In this document: one piece after another, positions 11,943-24,190 of the stretch
How positions within the stretch are numbered: position 1 is the first letter of the stretch
How the letters are laid out: each line of letters starts with the position of its first letter
Assembly: GCA_038087875.1 (NCBI GenBank)
Contig: JAXLNO010000176.1
Coordinates: 1-64,000, forward strand
Direction of reading: 5' to 3'
Origin: Malacoraja senta
Lineage: Eukaryota
Length of the DNA: 64,000 nt
Made by a program: the position numbers and the translations under genes
Notes under the pieces: model-generated
What the model saw: the letters and a program-made list of their open reading frames with translations, nothing else
Told to the model about the DNA's origin: nothing
Databases searched by the model: none

Positions 11943-12834
11943 CCCTCCGCTCCCACCCTTGATCATATACTCAACTGGTATCTTCTTTTCTAATCTTACT
12001 ATGTTCAGTCTTTACAGTTATCTGTGATTTCACACCGCTGCTTTGAAGAATGACACGCATGCGTCCTGGCGGGGTTCTTCACATATTCCCTCAATGTACT
12101 CCTCATAAAATAATGATCAAACTTCGAACTGGTAAGTTCTCGTTTAATCTTACTATTCTTGAATAGTATGGGTGTCAGGGGTTATGGGGAGAGGCAGGAG
12201 AATGGGGTTGAGAGAAAAAGATAGATCAGCCATGATTGAATGGCGGAGTAGACTTGATGGGCCGAAAGGCCTAATTCTGCCGCTCTCACTTATGAACTTA
12301 TTAAGTCATAGGGAAATGCCGTGTTTCCACCCAGCAGAAGATGCCTGCAGCCCAATAGCAGTTAGAAAATCCATCCCAATCCTTCCTGCTGATCACCCAA
12401 ACGCTCACTCCAATGAAGGTGGGGAATCCGTGCAACTCATGGCCACAGTTGGCTGTGGAGGCCAATGTATTGGATATTTGTTAGGCAGAGGTTGATTCTT
12501 GGTTAGGAACGGCATCAAAGATTATGGGGAGAAGGGAGGAAAAAGTGGTTGAGAGACAAAAATAGATCATCCATAATTGAATATTGGTGTAGACTTGATA
12601 AACTGAATGGCCTAAGTCTGCTCCTATCTCTTATGGTCTTATGGTATGTATGATGTGAAGATAAGTTGGTTGATTGTCACCTGTGGTGGACCCCGACAGG
12701 TAATCAAATAATAAAGCTAGAAAAGGCATGAAAATGGGTACTCTTACCAAGCAATTAATAAAGTATGCACAAAAGATGCTTTGGTGCCCTTTTGAGTTCA
12801 TAAGTTGGAAATGAAGTTGGAATAAGTTGAAACA

Positions 12835-13105
12835 GCAGTGTAAGATACAGCATCGAAACAGGCCCTTTGGCTCACCGAGTCCACGGCAATCATCAACTAG
12901 CGGTTCACACCAGTTTCATGTTATCCCACTTTCTCATCCACACATTAGGGGCAATTTACTGAGGCCAATTAACCTACAAATCCACACATCTTTGCAATGT
13001 GGGACCTGGAGGAAACTCCACGCAGATAACACCCGAATCAGGATTGAAACGGTGTCTCGGGCACTGCGAGGCAACAATTCTACCAGTTGCGCCACTATGC
13101 CATCA
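12835..13105 (-). mobile_element. HE1/V-SINE-like tRNA-derived SINE
   Basis: Reverse complement of the ggcacggtggcgcag..gtagagttgctgcc head and CR1-like tail seen at 40318. Confidence 0.75.
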
Positions 13106-13939
13106 TTATTTAATATTGACTTCAATAAAAGAATGCCATGCTCAAGAATTAAAAATAAGAATGGCTTTTCAGTGGAGAGATATTTTAATGAACATTTTTA
13201 TCCCATATATTGCAAATTGCAATCTTGAGCATGAATTTTCTTCTTTTCTCAGCATACGTCCTTGATTTTTCTGGGTATGCTTACTTAAAAATTCTGTCCT
13301 TGCATCAGTATCAAAATATTCTTTGTGAAACAAACAAAGTGCTGACAAAGTGGTTGACATGAATTACAGGTTCCCACCTGTTCTAAAAGGAACTGTAAGA
13401 TGCAAGCCTCTGCTGTGTTCATTACAGCCGGTACACGTACAATGGAAAAGAATGAGGATTCAAGGATTCAGAGATCTTGCCTTCATGTAAAAGGATCACG
13501 AGTGTGGAGGTAAGCCTAAATCATCAAACTGCATGCTTTGCTTGAGTGCTGCCATTTGGGAACCCGAATTTACACAGCCAGACAGGCATTGAGCTACAGA
13601 AGTGCACTGCAATTATTAAACCCACAACATTGCCAGCAAACAACGAGCCTGTTTTTACAGAGTGTGGTTTGGAGAAGTTATGACCAAAGGTGACTTTTTT
13701 GTAGACGCATATGTTTTGGCTCTCAATCACTATTCTGTTAGTTTCCATCCAGAGAACCAGACTGATAGGCTGGGTTGCTTGTTGGGCAAGAGAAGGCACT
13801 GGAATAGACCACAGAGAAACATTTTGGATGGAAGGAGCTGAGGGTCGGATGGAGGACATTAGGTGGAGAAGGTATGGAAAATACATTGTTTCTTACTAAT
13901 TCACAGGTGGTGTTAAAGCCCTTTCCTGTTGGGAAATTG

Positions 13940-14230
13940 ATATGCCAACAGTCATAAAACAGAAGATACATGAAATGTAATTAAAGTGATGAGTGCATAG
14001 GACTGGGGATGTGCAAAGATTTGAGGAAGGGGGGGAGGGAGTAGGCGAGTCAGTCTACCCCACTTTAGAAGGGGGAGGAGTTGTACAGTGTGATAGCTAC
14101 AGGGAAGAAGGAGCTTCTGTGGCATTCTGTACTACATCTTGGTGGAACCAGTCTTTTGCTGAAGGTGCTCCTCAGGGTGACGAGTTTGTCATGGAGGGGG
14201 TGAGTTGTATTGTCTAAGACGCTGAGCTTC
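13940..14230 (-). mobile_element. Rex1/Babar LINE 3' end
   Basis: Peptide LDNTTHPLHDKL...FSKRLVPPRCSTECHRSSFFPVAITLYNS. Confidence 0.8.
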
Positions 14231-16029
14231 CTGAGGTTTGAGAGGCCCAGGCAAAAACAGAAACCTTGCAAAGATAAGGCATCATACAGAGCCTCCACAA
14301 AAAAGGCTTCAATGACAGAACTATATCCAGAGAGCTGATGGGTCTTCAACCTTTCATCCCATCTCCATTAATATCTCAAGGGGGCAGAGGGGGGTATGAG
14401 GCAGATGAAGGTCTTGTTGGAGTAGTCAATGCAGTTATTCTGCATGGTCCTATTTCTTCCCAGTTAAAATTACACCAATGGATCAACTGATTGACAGAAG
14501 ACTGGGGGGAGAAATGCAATGGTGTTCCCAGTGGCTTATATAATTGTCATATTAGGTCTCTGATGTGTTGGAATGGAATGGGAATACTTTATTGTCACAT
14601 GTGACAAGGCACAGTGAGATTATTTGCTTGCATACCCAGGGTATGCAAATCACCGGCACATACGGCGCTGACAAAGTTACAAAGTACCCCCGCCGGCTCC
14701 TCTTTTGTTCTCTCCCTCCCTATCCCTCATGTCGGTCCCCACAACGGCGGATCCTCCATTTCTTCTTCCCCTCCCCCCTCACGGCGGTTCCCCACACCCT
14801 CATCTACCGCCAACCGCATCTGTGGCAAGAAACTACAGAAAATAATAAAATACAAACTTCAAAAACTTGCTTTTGATAATGGAGATCCAACCTTGAGATC
14901 CATCTCCAGTGTGCAAAAATGCAAAGGAATAGGAAAACAGCTGTGAATCTGGACTGGCACATTTTAAATATGAAATGTGCTGAATAGATACATTTGTCTC
15001 AGTGGGAAAGTGGGGAGAATGACAAAAAGTTGTAATGTAGGATTAGTATAAAGGGGGAGTGGATGGCCAATGCAAACTTAGGGAATCAAGGGCCTGTTTC
15101 CATTCTGCAGGACTCACTACATTTGATTTATTAATCTTCCTGTCACTTGAATCTTTCTACCCCCTTTTAAGTTTAAAGCCCTGTCAAAAACCGTACTTAT
15201 TCAATTTGCCAGGACATAGGTCCTAGTATGGGTCAAATGAGCTAACTGCACAGCTCTTTAACTTCTTCCAAAGATTGGGGCTGAATTTTTGCAAATTAGG
15301 TTATTGCGTGACTGATGGAAACTTGAAGTTATAGTGGTCCCATGCTTCTGCTGCTTGTTTCCCTCTAGGTAGTGAACTTCACACGTTTGAAAGCAGGTTT
15401 GCGGTTGTGTATTTGGTAAATGGTACACACTTCGGCCACAGTAGATGGGTGATGAAGGGAATGAATCAATTAGGCTCTTTAGCCAGAAAAAGTTTCTCAT
15501 GTCTAAAAATCTTGAATATATTGAGCAACTGAACCTCCATGTTCCACTTCAGTAGAGAATGCCAAAAAATCATTATCCTCTGGGGAAGAGAGTGGTCCCT
15601 GGTACAAGATTCCCAGTAATGGGAAGCATCTGCTTTGGATTTACCACATCAAGCTCTTTAAGAATTTTGTGCATCTCAATAAGATCATCTCTCATACTTC
15701 TAAACTCTAAAGAGCTTAGTTTTTCTCACATTGATTATTACCTGGCACTGGTGTAAAGCAAACCTTTTTTTCTCCTGAGACTTTGGTTGAATTCTGTCCA
15801 GAGGTTGCTGCATATCGGCACACAAATCAAGTTGAAGCAAATGGAATGGAACATTGCAATCTCCAGGAAAATTCCGTTTTCTAACTTCACAATGGAGGAA
15901 TGTTCCATCATTAAAAAATGACTCGCTAAATCATAATGCAAAAGTGAGAGATACGGTGAACCTAATGGTTTCAGATTATCATGACATATAGTCCTATTCT
16001 TGCTGGCCAATAATATTTATTCAATGGCC

Positions 16030-16520
16030 AATTTTATTAGAATGATCCCAGGGATGATTGGGTTAACGTATGATGAGTATTTGATGGCTTCAGGCATGTA
16101 ACACTGGAATTTAGAATGATGAGGGAGGATCCCATTTAAATTTACTGAATAGTGAAAGGCCTGGACAGAGTGGATGTGGAGAGGATGTTTCACGAATGGG
16201 TGCGTCTAGGACCAGAGGTCATAGCCTCAGAATAAAGGGATGGATCTTCAGAAAGGAGATGAGGAGGAATTTCTTTAGTCAGAGGTTGGTGAATCTGTGT
16301 AAATCATTGGCATGGACTGCTGTGGAGGCCAAGTCTTTGGGTATTTTTAAAGTGTAGATTGACATGTTTTTGATTAGTAAGGGTGTCAACCATTACAGGG
16401 AGGAGGCAGGAGAATGGGGTTGAGTGGGAAATATAGATTAGCCATGATTAAATGGTGGAGAGGACTCAATGGGCCAAATGGCCTAATTCTGTTCCTATGG
16501 CTTATGAACATGAATTTATG
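16030..16520 (+). mobile_element. CR1/HER1 LINE 3' fragment
   Basis: Same 3' coding end and UTR as the CR1 at 35830-38512, ending in a cttatgaacatg-type tail. Confidence 0.85.
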
Positions 16521-18064
16521 AATGTTTCCTATGTAACATGGCTAAGTACATTAGCACTTGAGAACTTAATTTTTGATTGTTTTCTCTGTTGTGTTAAAGG
16601 CTGAGATGGGGTCTGATAGAATTTTATAGAATTATAGATGGCATAGAGTAGACAGTTAAAATCTCTTGAACAGGAGGAACTGTCAAATCCTAGAGGGCAT
16701 AGCTTTAAGGTCAGAGTGGGAAAGTTTACAGGAGATGTGTAGGGTATTATTTTTACACAGAAAGTGGTAGGTGCCTGGAATATGCTGCCAGGAGTGGTGG
16801 TGGAGGCAGATACAATAATGGTGATTAAGAGTTTTTTCAAATAGGCACATTAAGATGCAAGGATGGAGGGATATGGATCATGTGCAGGCAGTAGGGAATA
16901 ATTTACTTGAGCATCGTGTTAGGCACAGATATTGTGGGCCAGAGACTAATTGGCCGGGGTATGCCTGACATGCCAGTGCCTCTTCCTGCTCACAGATGAC
17001 ATGGGACTGCTCTCACACATAGAGACCAAAGACTGAGCCACCCGGATAACCCAGAGCGTCAACACTTCAAGCCCCAAAGCTGAGCCGCCAGGATATGCCT
17101 GGGGCAGCCAGCACCTCCACTCGAGGCAAGGGTTAACTGCAGGGAGAAGCCTGGAATCACCACGCCTCCTCATTCACGACCAGGACTGGGCTGCCAGGAC
17201 AAGCCTGAGATTGCCAGCTCCACAGCGCATGCACCCCGACATTAAGGGACAGCTCCCTCATGTGGAGTTGGACTTTCGTGTTACCATAAATAAAACATAT
17301 CATGTGAGTTCACCCTACTGCGAGTGTTAGTGTGGTCACCACCAAACCCGGCGTCATCCCCGACACCCGGGTCAGGTAGCATTTCTGGAGAACATGAATA
17401 AATGACGTTTTGGGTCGGAATCCTTCTTCAGACTGATTGCAGTGGGAGAAGAAAGCTTGAAGAATGCCTCGAAGACACACATTCACAATAAAATAAGAAT
17501 GGCATATTTAATCCTGATAGTGCCTTTAACATTGCAAAAATGTTCCGCATAATGGCACAGAAGCCTTACAAGCACAATTTACTACCAAGCAATATTAATT
17601 CGGTGTTCAAAGCTTGTTCAATGGACTCCTCTCTTAGTATACTGCTTAATATTCAAGCTCTAAAGAAGATGTTGGGGGGAGACTGAGGGAATTCTAAACC
17701 ATACGACTTGACTGAAGCATGCTATTAAATGTTTTGAATGCTGCCCCTTAGACTCCTATTAAATCGTACCCCTCTCATCTTAAAGCTATGACCTCGAGTT
17801 CTTGACTTTCTAACCCAGGGAAAAAAGGCCATGTGTATTCAACCCTACTATGCCCCAGGTGATTTTATACACCTCCAAAGATAGAGGTGTATAATCACAA
17901 TTAGGTTCTATCACAATGTCTGCAATTAGAACAAAAGGAAACACGATTAGTGGGATACTGACATATAACTAATAGAGGATTAAAAATCTGAAGGCAATTC
18001 CATTTACCAAGTGCTTCTGAGGAAGTAAAATATCACAGGACAGTTCACAGCCAGATTTGATCCA

Positions 18065-18540
18065 TATAGAAACATAGAAACATAGAAAGTAGGTGCGAGA
18101 GTAGACCACCAGGCCCATCGAGCCCGCACCGCCATTCGCTCATGGCTGAACACTAAACAGACACCCTTACCCACAAACAGTAGACACAAGACACAGAACA
18201 CAAGACACTACCCTCCCCTTTATATCGCTATCACCCCTCTCCACCCCAAGAACCGCGTGATCTCATGGGGGAGGCAAAAAACCGGATAAAAACCCAGGTC
18301 CAATTCGGGAAAAAAATCCGGGAAATTAACCATAACAGCACGGAAACAGGCCATCTCGGCCCTTCAAGTCCGTGCCGAAGACTTTTTTTTTTTGACTTCC
18401 CCCTAGTCCCATCTACCTGCACTCAGACCATAACCCTCCATTCCTTTCCCGTCCATATACCCATCCAATCTATTTTTAAAGGATAAAATCGAACCTGCCT
18501 CCACCACTTCCACTGGAAGCTCATTCCACACAGTTACCAT
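18065..18540 (-). mobile_element. Two abutting CR1-type 3' ends
   Basis: (catagaaa)n tail at 18065; second piece encodes VWNELPVEVVEAGSILSFKNRLDGYM. Confidence 0.7.
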
Positions 18541-19428
18541 CCAAGGAAAAGTCTGACAAACTGGGCCCATCAGCATCTGTTCTAACACAATAAAGCTCAT
18601 TACTGATGGATGCCCCACCTCTTGTGAAAATGGACCCGATACTTCCTGGTGCACCTCAGCACAGCAACCATTTCCACGGCATTGCTTACCAACATGATAT
18701 CATTAACGTGCACAATGCTCACATCTGCCTGAGTGCCAGAAACTGGAGCAATAGCATGAACTCCTGACGTTTTCTGAATTAATAATTACAACTAATGGCA
18801 AACCCTGCAGCAAATTGACATCAACGTGGAAATGAACTGGGCCATGGATGCTCGGCTACAGATTCGGCCACAGCCATTTCATTGTGCTACGGAAGCTTCA
18901 CTGATAAAGGCCACAGCACCTTTATAATAGTCAGCTCAGTGTGGGGGTGCTGTGAGCATTAGCTGTTTGTTACCCTCAGATTGTGTAGTGGCTCATGGCC
19001 ACTTGTGGAATGAGGGTCATGGGCTTGATCATCCTGGGGGAAGGCCGGGGGGGGGGAGGGGGGGGGGAGGTGTAGGGGGAGGGGTTGGCATTTCCATTCA
19101 CATTAAGATTACTATGCTGTTCCCCCTCCCATCATTTTCCCTCACTTCCATGGCAAATTCTACACTACTGCACTGCCATCAAGGAGAGACACGAAAAGTG
19201 AAACACAAAATGCTGCAGTACTCAGCGGGTCAGGCAGCATCTGAGGAGGGTCCTGAAGAAGAGTCCATACCTGAAATGTTGCCAATGTATTCCCTCCACG
19301 AATGCTGCCATGCATTACTCCAGCAACTTGTGTTTTGCTCTAGATTCCAGTATCGACAGTTCCTTGTGACTCCATTTGAGCATAGTTAAAGATCTGACTA
19401 ACTTCCTAGCAGGCAATGCAGTAATGAT

Positions 19429-19832
19429 CAAAGATCCTATAGCAAAGCAAGATAGACCACTCCTGCTAAATGCAATGGGCTGACGTGTAGTATGCAACGG
19501 AGCGGAACGTGGGCCTTTTTTTCATCCATTTCAGTAACCCGACCCGACCCGACTCGCAATGTAATCAACATTGTGGGGGAACAGTTTGTGTTAATAAATT
19601 ATAATTCTGAAAATGAGGAGAAGATTTTTACCAAAGAACTTTTATTTTTGCGAGGATGTTTCCGTAACCAGCTTCCATCTCCGCACTAGTATCTTTGCTC
19701 CGCTATTGGATTTTTGGTGTGGAGACGGAAGCCGGTTATGGAAATGGGGTCGAAAATTACCCATGAATCTGCCCATGACCGTACTACGTATTTTTCGTCG
19801 AGTGGGCTATCTTGCTTGCTATAGGATCTTTG
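19429..19832. mobile_element. Non-autonomous DNA transposon, P-element-like (hAT not excluded)
   Basis: ~33-bp TIRs CAAAGATCCTATAGCAA(A)GCAAGATAG(A/C)CCACTC; perfect 8-bp TSD GTAATGAT at 19421-19428 and 19833-19840. Confidence 0.85.
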
Positions 19833-20229
19833 GTAATGATATAGCCATTGGAAGCTTTGCAAGCTGCTGCTCTGAGGAAATGCACAAGCAGAGTTTAACA
19901 AATGAATAGGAGTGAAAACGATAATTTCCGACTGGAATTTAAGGTTATTCAATTGGATATAAGTGCTACACATTATACGTATTTAGCCTACCAAAGAAAG
20001 GTGAATTTTATTTTCTAGCACAAAATGACTAGAAATGATTTTGAAAAGATAATAAAGGAAATGCTAGAAATATTCAGCAGTACAGGCAACATTGTAGAGA
20101 AAGAAACAGAGTTAATATGCTTCATTAGTTTTAAGAAGTGTCTTCAAAGGGCATGTTATTACTGGAAGACGAGAGATTTATAAAAGGAAGAGTGATTTAG
20201 GAGTTCTGATGAATCATGTTAAACCATTA

Positions 20230-21362
20230 AAGGACCTGTCCCACTTGGCCATCATTTGCGCGCCATTTACGCGACCTGGTAGCGTGTGAGTAGCATGTGG
20301 GTAGTGTGTGGTTAGCGCGGGACGGGCGCATGGAGTAGCGTGGAGGAGTGTGGAGTTGTGCACGGTATCGCGCAGCGTGCCAGGATTTCATGCTGCATAA
20401 AATCATTGCGCGCCACCGGCCTGTCGCGTAAATGATGGCCAAGTGGGACAGGGTGACGTTTTGGGTCGAATGGGTGACGTTTCGGGTCGAGACCCTACTT
20501 CAGACTGAAACATCATCCATTCCTTCTCTCCAGAGATGCTGCCGGTCCCGCTGAGTTAAAGGCCTGTCCCACGGGCATGCGACTCCATGCGGCAAGCGCG
20601 ACCTAACCGCAAGCGGGGGCCATGCGGGGGCTGCGCGGAGGTCGCGGGACCAGTCCCCACTTCGATCACCGGAGCCCTATATGGAGTTGTGCAAAGCTGT
20701 TCAAAAATTCCGTGCGGCAACGGCCTGCCGCCCCGCAGCCGCATGGAGGCCGTGCGCACCGCATCGACGGCCGTGCGCACCGCCTCAAAGCCGTACGCAG
20801 CCGCATCGAGGCCGTGCGCACCGCCTCAACGGCCGTGCGCACCGCCTCAACGCCGTACGCACTGTCTTGACGTCACTCGACCTCCGCGCAGCCCCCGCTT
20901 TCGGATTTGTAGCGCTTGCCGCATGCAGCCGCATGCTGGTGGGACCGGCCCTGTACGGGGATCACTCGACCTCCGCGCGGCCCCCGCTTCCGGTTAGGTC
21001 GCGCTTGCCGCATGGAGTCGCATGCTCGTGGGACAGGCCCTTTACTCTTGTGTCTATCTTCAATTTAAACCAGCATCTGCAGTTCCTTTCCACAGATTAA
21101 TTTGGTCTGCAGCTTGCTACTTTTCATTCACCTCTTTTTTTGAATAGGGGCATTACTTCTGCAGTTTTTCCAATTGCTAGCACCACTCAAGAAACTGGAA
21201 CATTTTAGAAAATCACCATAAATATCATAAACTGGGTAAATATCATAAACTAGGTATTTAAATGACGTCAAGCACTCCAGACGGCTGTGCAGACGCATGA
21301 TGATGCGCGCGACAGTCACTACCGGCCTGTCGCGTAAATGACGGCTAAGTGGGTCAGGCCCT
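20230..21362. mobile_element. PIF/Harbinger-type non-autonomous element (outer) with nested insertions
   Basis: TIRs aggacctgtcccacttggcc... / ...ggctaagtgggtcaggccct; TAA at 20227-20229 and 21363-21365. Confidence 0.7.
20559..21041. mobile_element. PIF/Harbinger-type GC-rich MITE
   Basis: Long TIRs aaggcctgtcccacgggcatgcgactccatgcggcaagcgcgacctaacc; TTA TSD (20556-20558, 21042-21044) splitting the host repeat's ctgag-tta-ctc; internal ggccgtgcgcaccgcctcaa repeats. Confidence 0.9.
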
Positions 21363-21414
21363 TAACTTGTTCTCTTTCTGCAGATGCTGCCTGACCTGCT
21401 GAATGTTTCCAGTG

Positions 21415-21710
21415 TCATAGAATCATATAGTGTGGAAACAGGCCCTTCAGCCAGACTTGCATACACCGACCAACATGTGCCATCTACACTAGTCCCACCT
21501 GCCTGCATTTGGCCCATATCCCTTTCAACCTGTTCTATCCATGTACCTGTCTAAATGTTTCTTAAACATTACGATAGTACCTGCCTCAACTACCTCCTCC
21601 AGCAGCTCATTCCATACACCCTCCACCCTTTGTGTAAAAAGCTAACCTCTCAGGTTCCTGTTAAATATTTCCCCCCCCTCACCTTAAGCCTATGTCCTCT
21701 GGTTCTCCAG
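21415..21710 (-). mobile_element. CR1 3' UTR fragment
   Basis: Same family as 44430-44890 and 51365-51570. Confidence 0.8.
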
Positions 21711-22409
21711 TGTTCAGTTTTTGTTTCATTGTGTTAGAGATTGAGAGCTCAGGCAGCTGAAGACCTGGTGCCCTGTGGTAGAGTGATGACAATTGAATAA
21801 GTGTAAGTGAGCAGATTGGGCTCAGAGTTCTCAGAGATGTGCGCTAGAGCATGTTATGTGGACTTTACCAAGAGTAGGGCCAAGGAGATAGTTAAACAAA
21901 TGCATGAGAATATTAAAACAACAATGGTCTTGCAATATCATTATCCCATAATATTTTAAATCAAATTAGCTATAACTGGAATTGGAGCAATAAGCGATCT
22001 GTTGGAGGAACTCAGCGGGTCGTGGCAAATGTGGAAGAAAAGGAATGGTCAACATTTTGGATCAAAATCCTGCCGCTTAAGAAGTGCTATTAAACAACTT
22101 AGTTAATTCCAATGGAAGAGGTTTATACTTCATATATAAAGTAGTTCAGCAACTTTTTCTCTACTTTTTTATATTTTACAACACATTTTCTGAAAGACTC
22201 CAATCAGTAAAATGAGAGAATTGTTCACTTTAATGCATATTCCTAAATGCTAACTGGTGGGATTAATCTTCCTGGACCAGGTCTGCTTTCGGGAATCACC
22301 ACCTGAGAGTCCTGCAGGCCTGCACTTACCTGGGGTGGACACAGAGAGCACATCATGTTGGCTTATCAGATCCTCTATTCAAGTAGTAAGCTCTAGATGG
22401 TGAGCATGT

Positions 22410-22650
22410 TTAATTTAGATTAGAAATACAACCTTCGGCCTACCGAGTCCACACCGACCAGTGATCTGCGTACACTAACACTATCCTTCACCAAGCCAAT
22501 TAACCTACATCTTTGGAGTGTGGGAGGAAACCGGAGCTCCCAGAGAATACCCATGCAGGTCACGGGGACACCGTACAGACAGCACCCATAGTCAGGATCG
22601 AACCTGGGTCTCTGGCGCTATATGGCTGCAACTCTACCGTTGCACCACCT
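22410..22650 (-). mobile_element. HE1/V-SINE-like SINE
   Basis: Reverse complement of the SINE at 40318-40637. Confidence 0.8.
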
Positions 22651-22865
22651 GCCTGCCTTAATCTGCCCAGTATCTCATGTCTCAGACACTCCAAAATATC
22701 GACTTGGTAAAAGTTAGGGACACACTTACAACTAGTCATGTCTGTGAGGGATTATAACTATTGTTATTGACTCCTGATAACCGATGCATTTAAAATCCTT
22801 TTGATGCAAATAATGATTACTTAATTGCGTAATTTTTAAAGTTATTTCAATGTTAATTGGAGTAA

Positions 22866-23660
22866 CATATGGTGCCAGCACAATAACCTGGCGCTCAACA
22901 CCAGCAAAACCAAGGAACTGATTGTGGACTTTGGAAGGAGTAGGATGGGGACCCAGTCCCATTTATATCAACGGGTCGATGGTTGAAAGGGTCAAGAGCT
23001 TCAAATTCCTGGGCGTGCACATCTCTGAAGATCTTTCCTGGTCCGAGAACACTTATGCAATTATTAAGAAAGCACATCAGCGCCTCTACTTCCTGAGAAG
23101 ATTACAGAGAGTCGGTTTGTCAAGGAGGACTCTCTCTAACTTCTACAGGTGCACAGTCGAGAGCATGCTGACCGGTTGCATCATGGCTTGGTTCAGCAAC
23201 TTGAGCGCCCTGGAGAGGAAAAGACTACAAAATGTAGCAAACACTGCCCAGTCCATCATCGGCTCTGACCTCCCTTCCATCGAGGGGATCTATCGCAGTC
23301 GCTGCCTCAAAAAGGCTGGCAATATCATCAAGGACCCACACCATCCTGGCCACCCACACATCTCCCTGCTACCTTCAGGTAGAAGGTACAGGAGCCTGAA
23401 GACTGCAACGACCAGGTTCAGGAATAGCTACTTAAGCTATTAAACTTGGCTCGGACAAAACTCTGAACTTTAATAGCCCATTATCTGTTATTTGCACTTT
23501 ATCAGTTTATTTATTCATGTGTGTATATATTTATATAATGGTATATGGACACACTGATCTGTTTTGTAGTCAATGCCTACTATGTTCTGTTGTGCTGAAG
23601 CAAAGCAAGAATTTCATTGTCCTATCAGGGACACATAACAATAAACTCTCTTGAACTTGA
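22866..23660 (+). mobile_element. Rex1/Babar LINE 3' third, 5'-truncated
   Basis: WCQHNNLALNTSKTKELIVDF, VERVKSFKFLGVHISEDLSW, KKAHQRLYFLRRL, FYRCTVESMLT, DPHHPGH...LLPSGRRYRS; aataaa and cttgaa-type tail. Confidence 0.9.
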
Positions 23661-24063
23661 GCTCAGTAAAATCAAAGTAATAACTAAAAGCATTAAAATA
23701 ACAACAATTTGCATTCCCCTTATCTGCTTACTTGACTGCTGAAAATGTGATCAAGATTATTCCTGGGAGAGCAAGTTTGTTGTCTGAGGAGATGAAAATA
23801 GATGGGATCTGTACTCTTGGCAGCTTAGAAGAATGAGTGGAAATAATCCTCAAAAAAGGCAAAATTCTAATAGGGCTTGGCAGCACAGATGTGGGAATAG
23901 TGCACCCTTCAGCTGAGATTCAAGAACCAGGGATCTCAGTTTCAAAATAATGTGGCCTACCAATAAGGACAGATATAGAGGACTTTCTTCACTCAAGGAG
24001 TGTTGAACCTTTGGAACACTATATAAGAGGACTTAGTCATAGCACATATGGGTAGATTTCTAT

Positions 24064-24190
24064 CTTCTTCTTCTTCTTGCGTATGGTGTGCACAGCCTAA
24101 AGTTTTTCGGACAACTTGTTTTATTTGATCTTATTTGATTGCATTCGTTGAAACAGGGCGGAGCACGTGAAGGTTGCAATCTTCCACCCC
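24064..24190 (-). mobile_element. 5'-truncated retroposon with (GAA)n tail, RTE-like, inside a decayed CR1
   Basis: 13-bp TSD GGTAGATTTCTAT at 24051-24063 and 24191-24203; (CTT)n at the left end. Confidence 0.75.

Larger units (their letters stand above)
7310..12157 (+). mobile_element. Full-length DIRS1-type tyrosine-recombinase retrotransposon, copy 1 (inactivating lesions)
   Basis: Left end TTTTACTTCGGAGTCACGTGAGTGAC...; ITR core gtgaagaaccccgccaggacgcatgcgtgtca inverted at ~12051-12082; internal complementary region 11832-11942 complementary to both termini; gag, RT/RH/MT and YR frames; no TSD. Confidence 0.95.

Noticed and set aside
13428..13509. Possible 82-nt exon (ttacag|...gag|gtaagc)
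   Set aside because: One frame is open but the peptide is unrecognisable and no partner exons were found; such signal pairs occur by chance.
20740..20860. ~20-bp repeats as a CRISPR-like array
   Set aside because: Tandem degenerate units without unique spacers, inside a MITE, in eukaryotic DNA with no cas genes.
20556..21100. Overlapping Arg/Ala/Pro-rich ORFs (also 28300-28980 and 38773-39359)
   Set aside because: By-products of GC-rich palindromic MITEs that lack stop codons.
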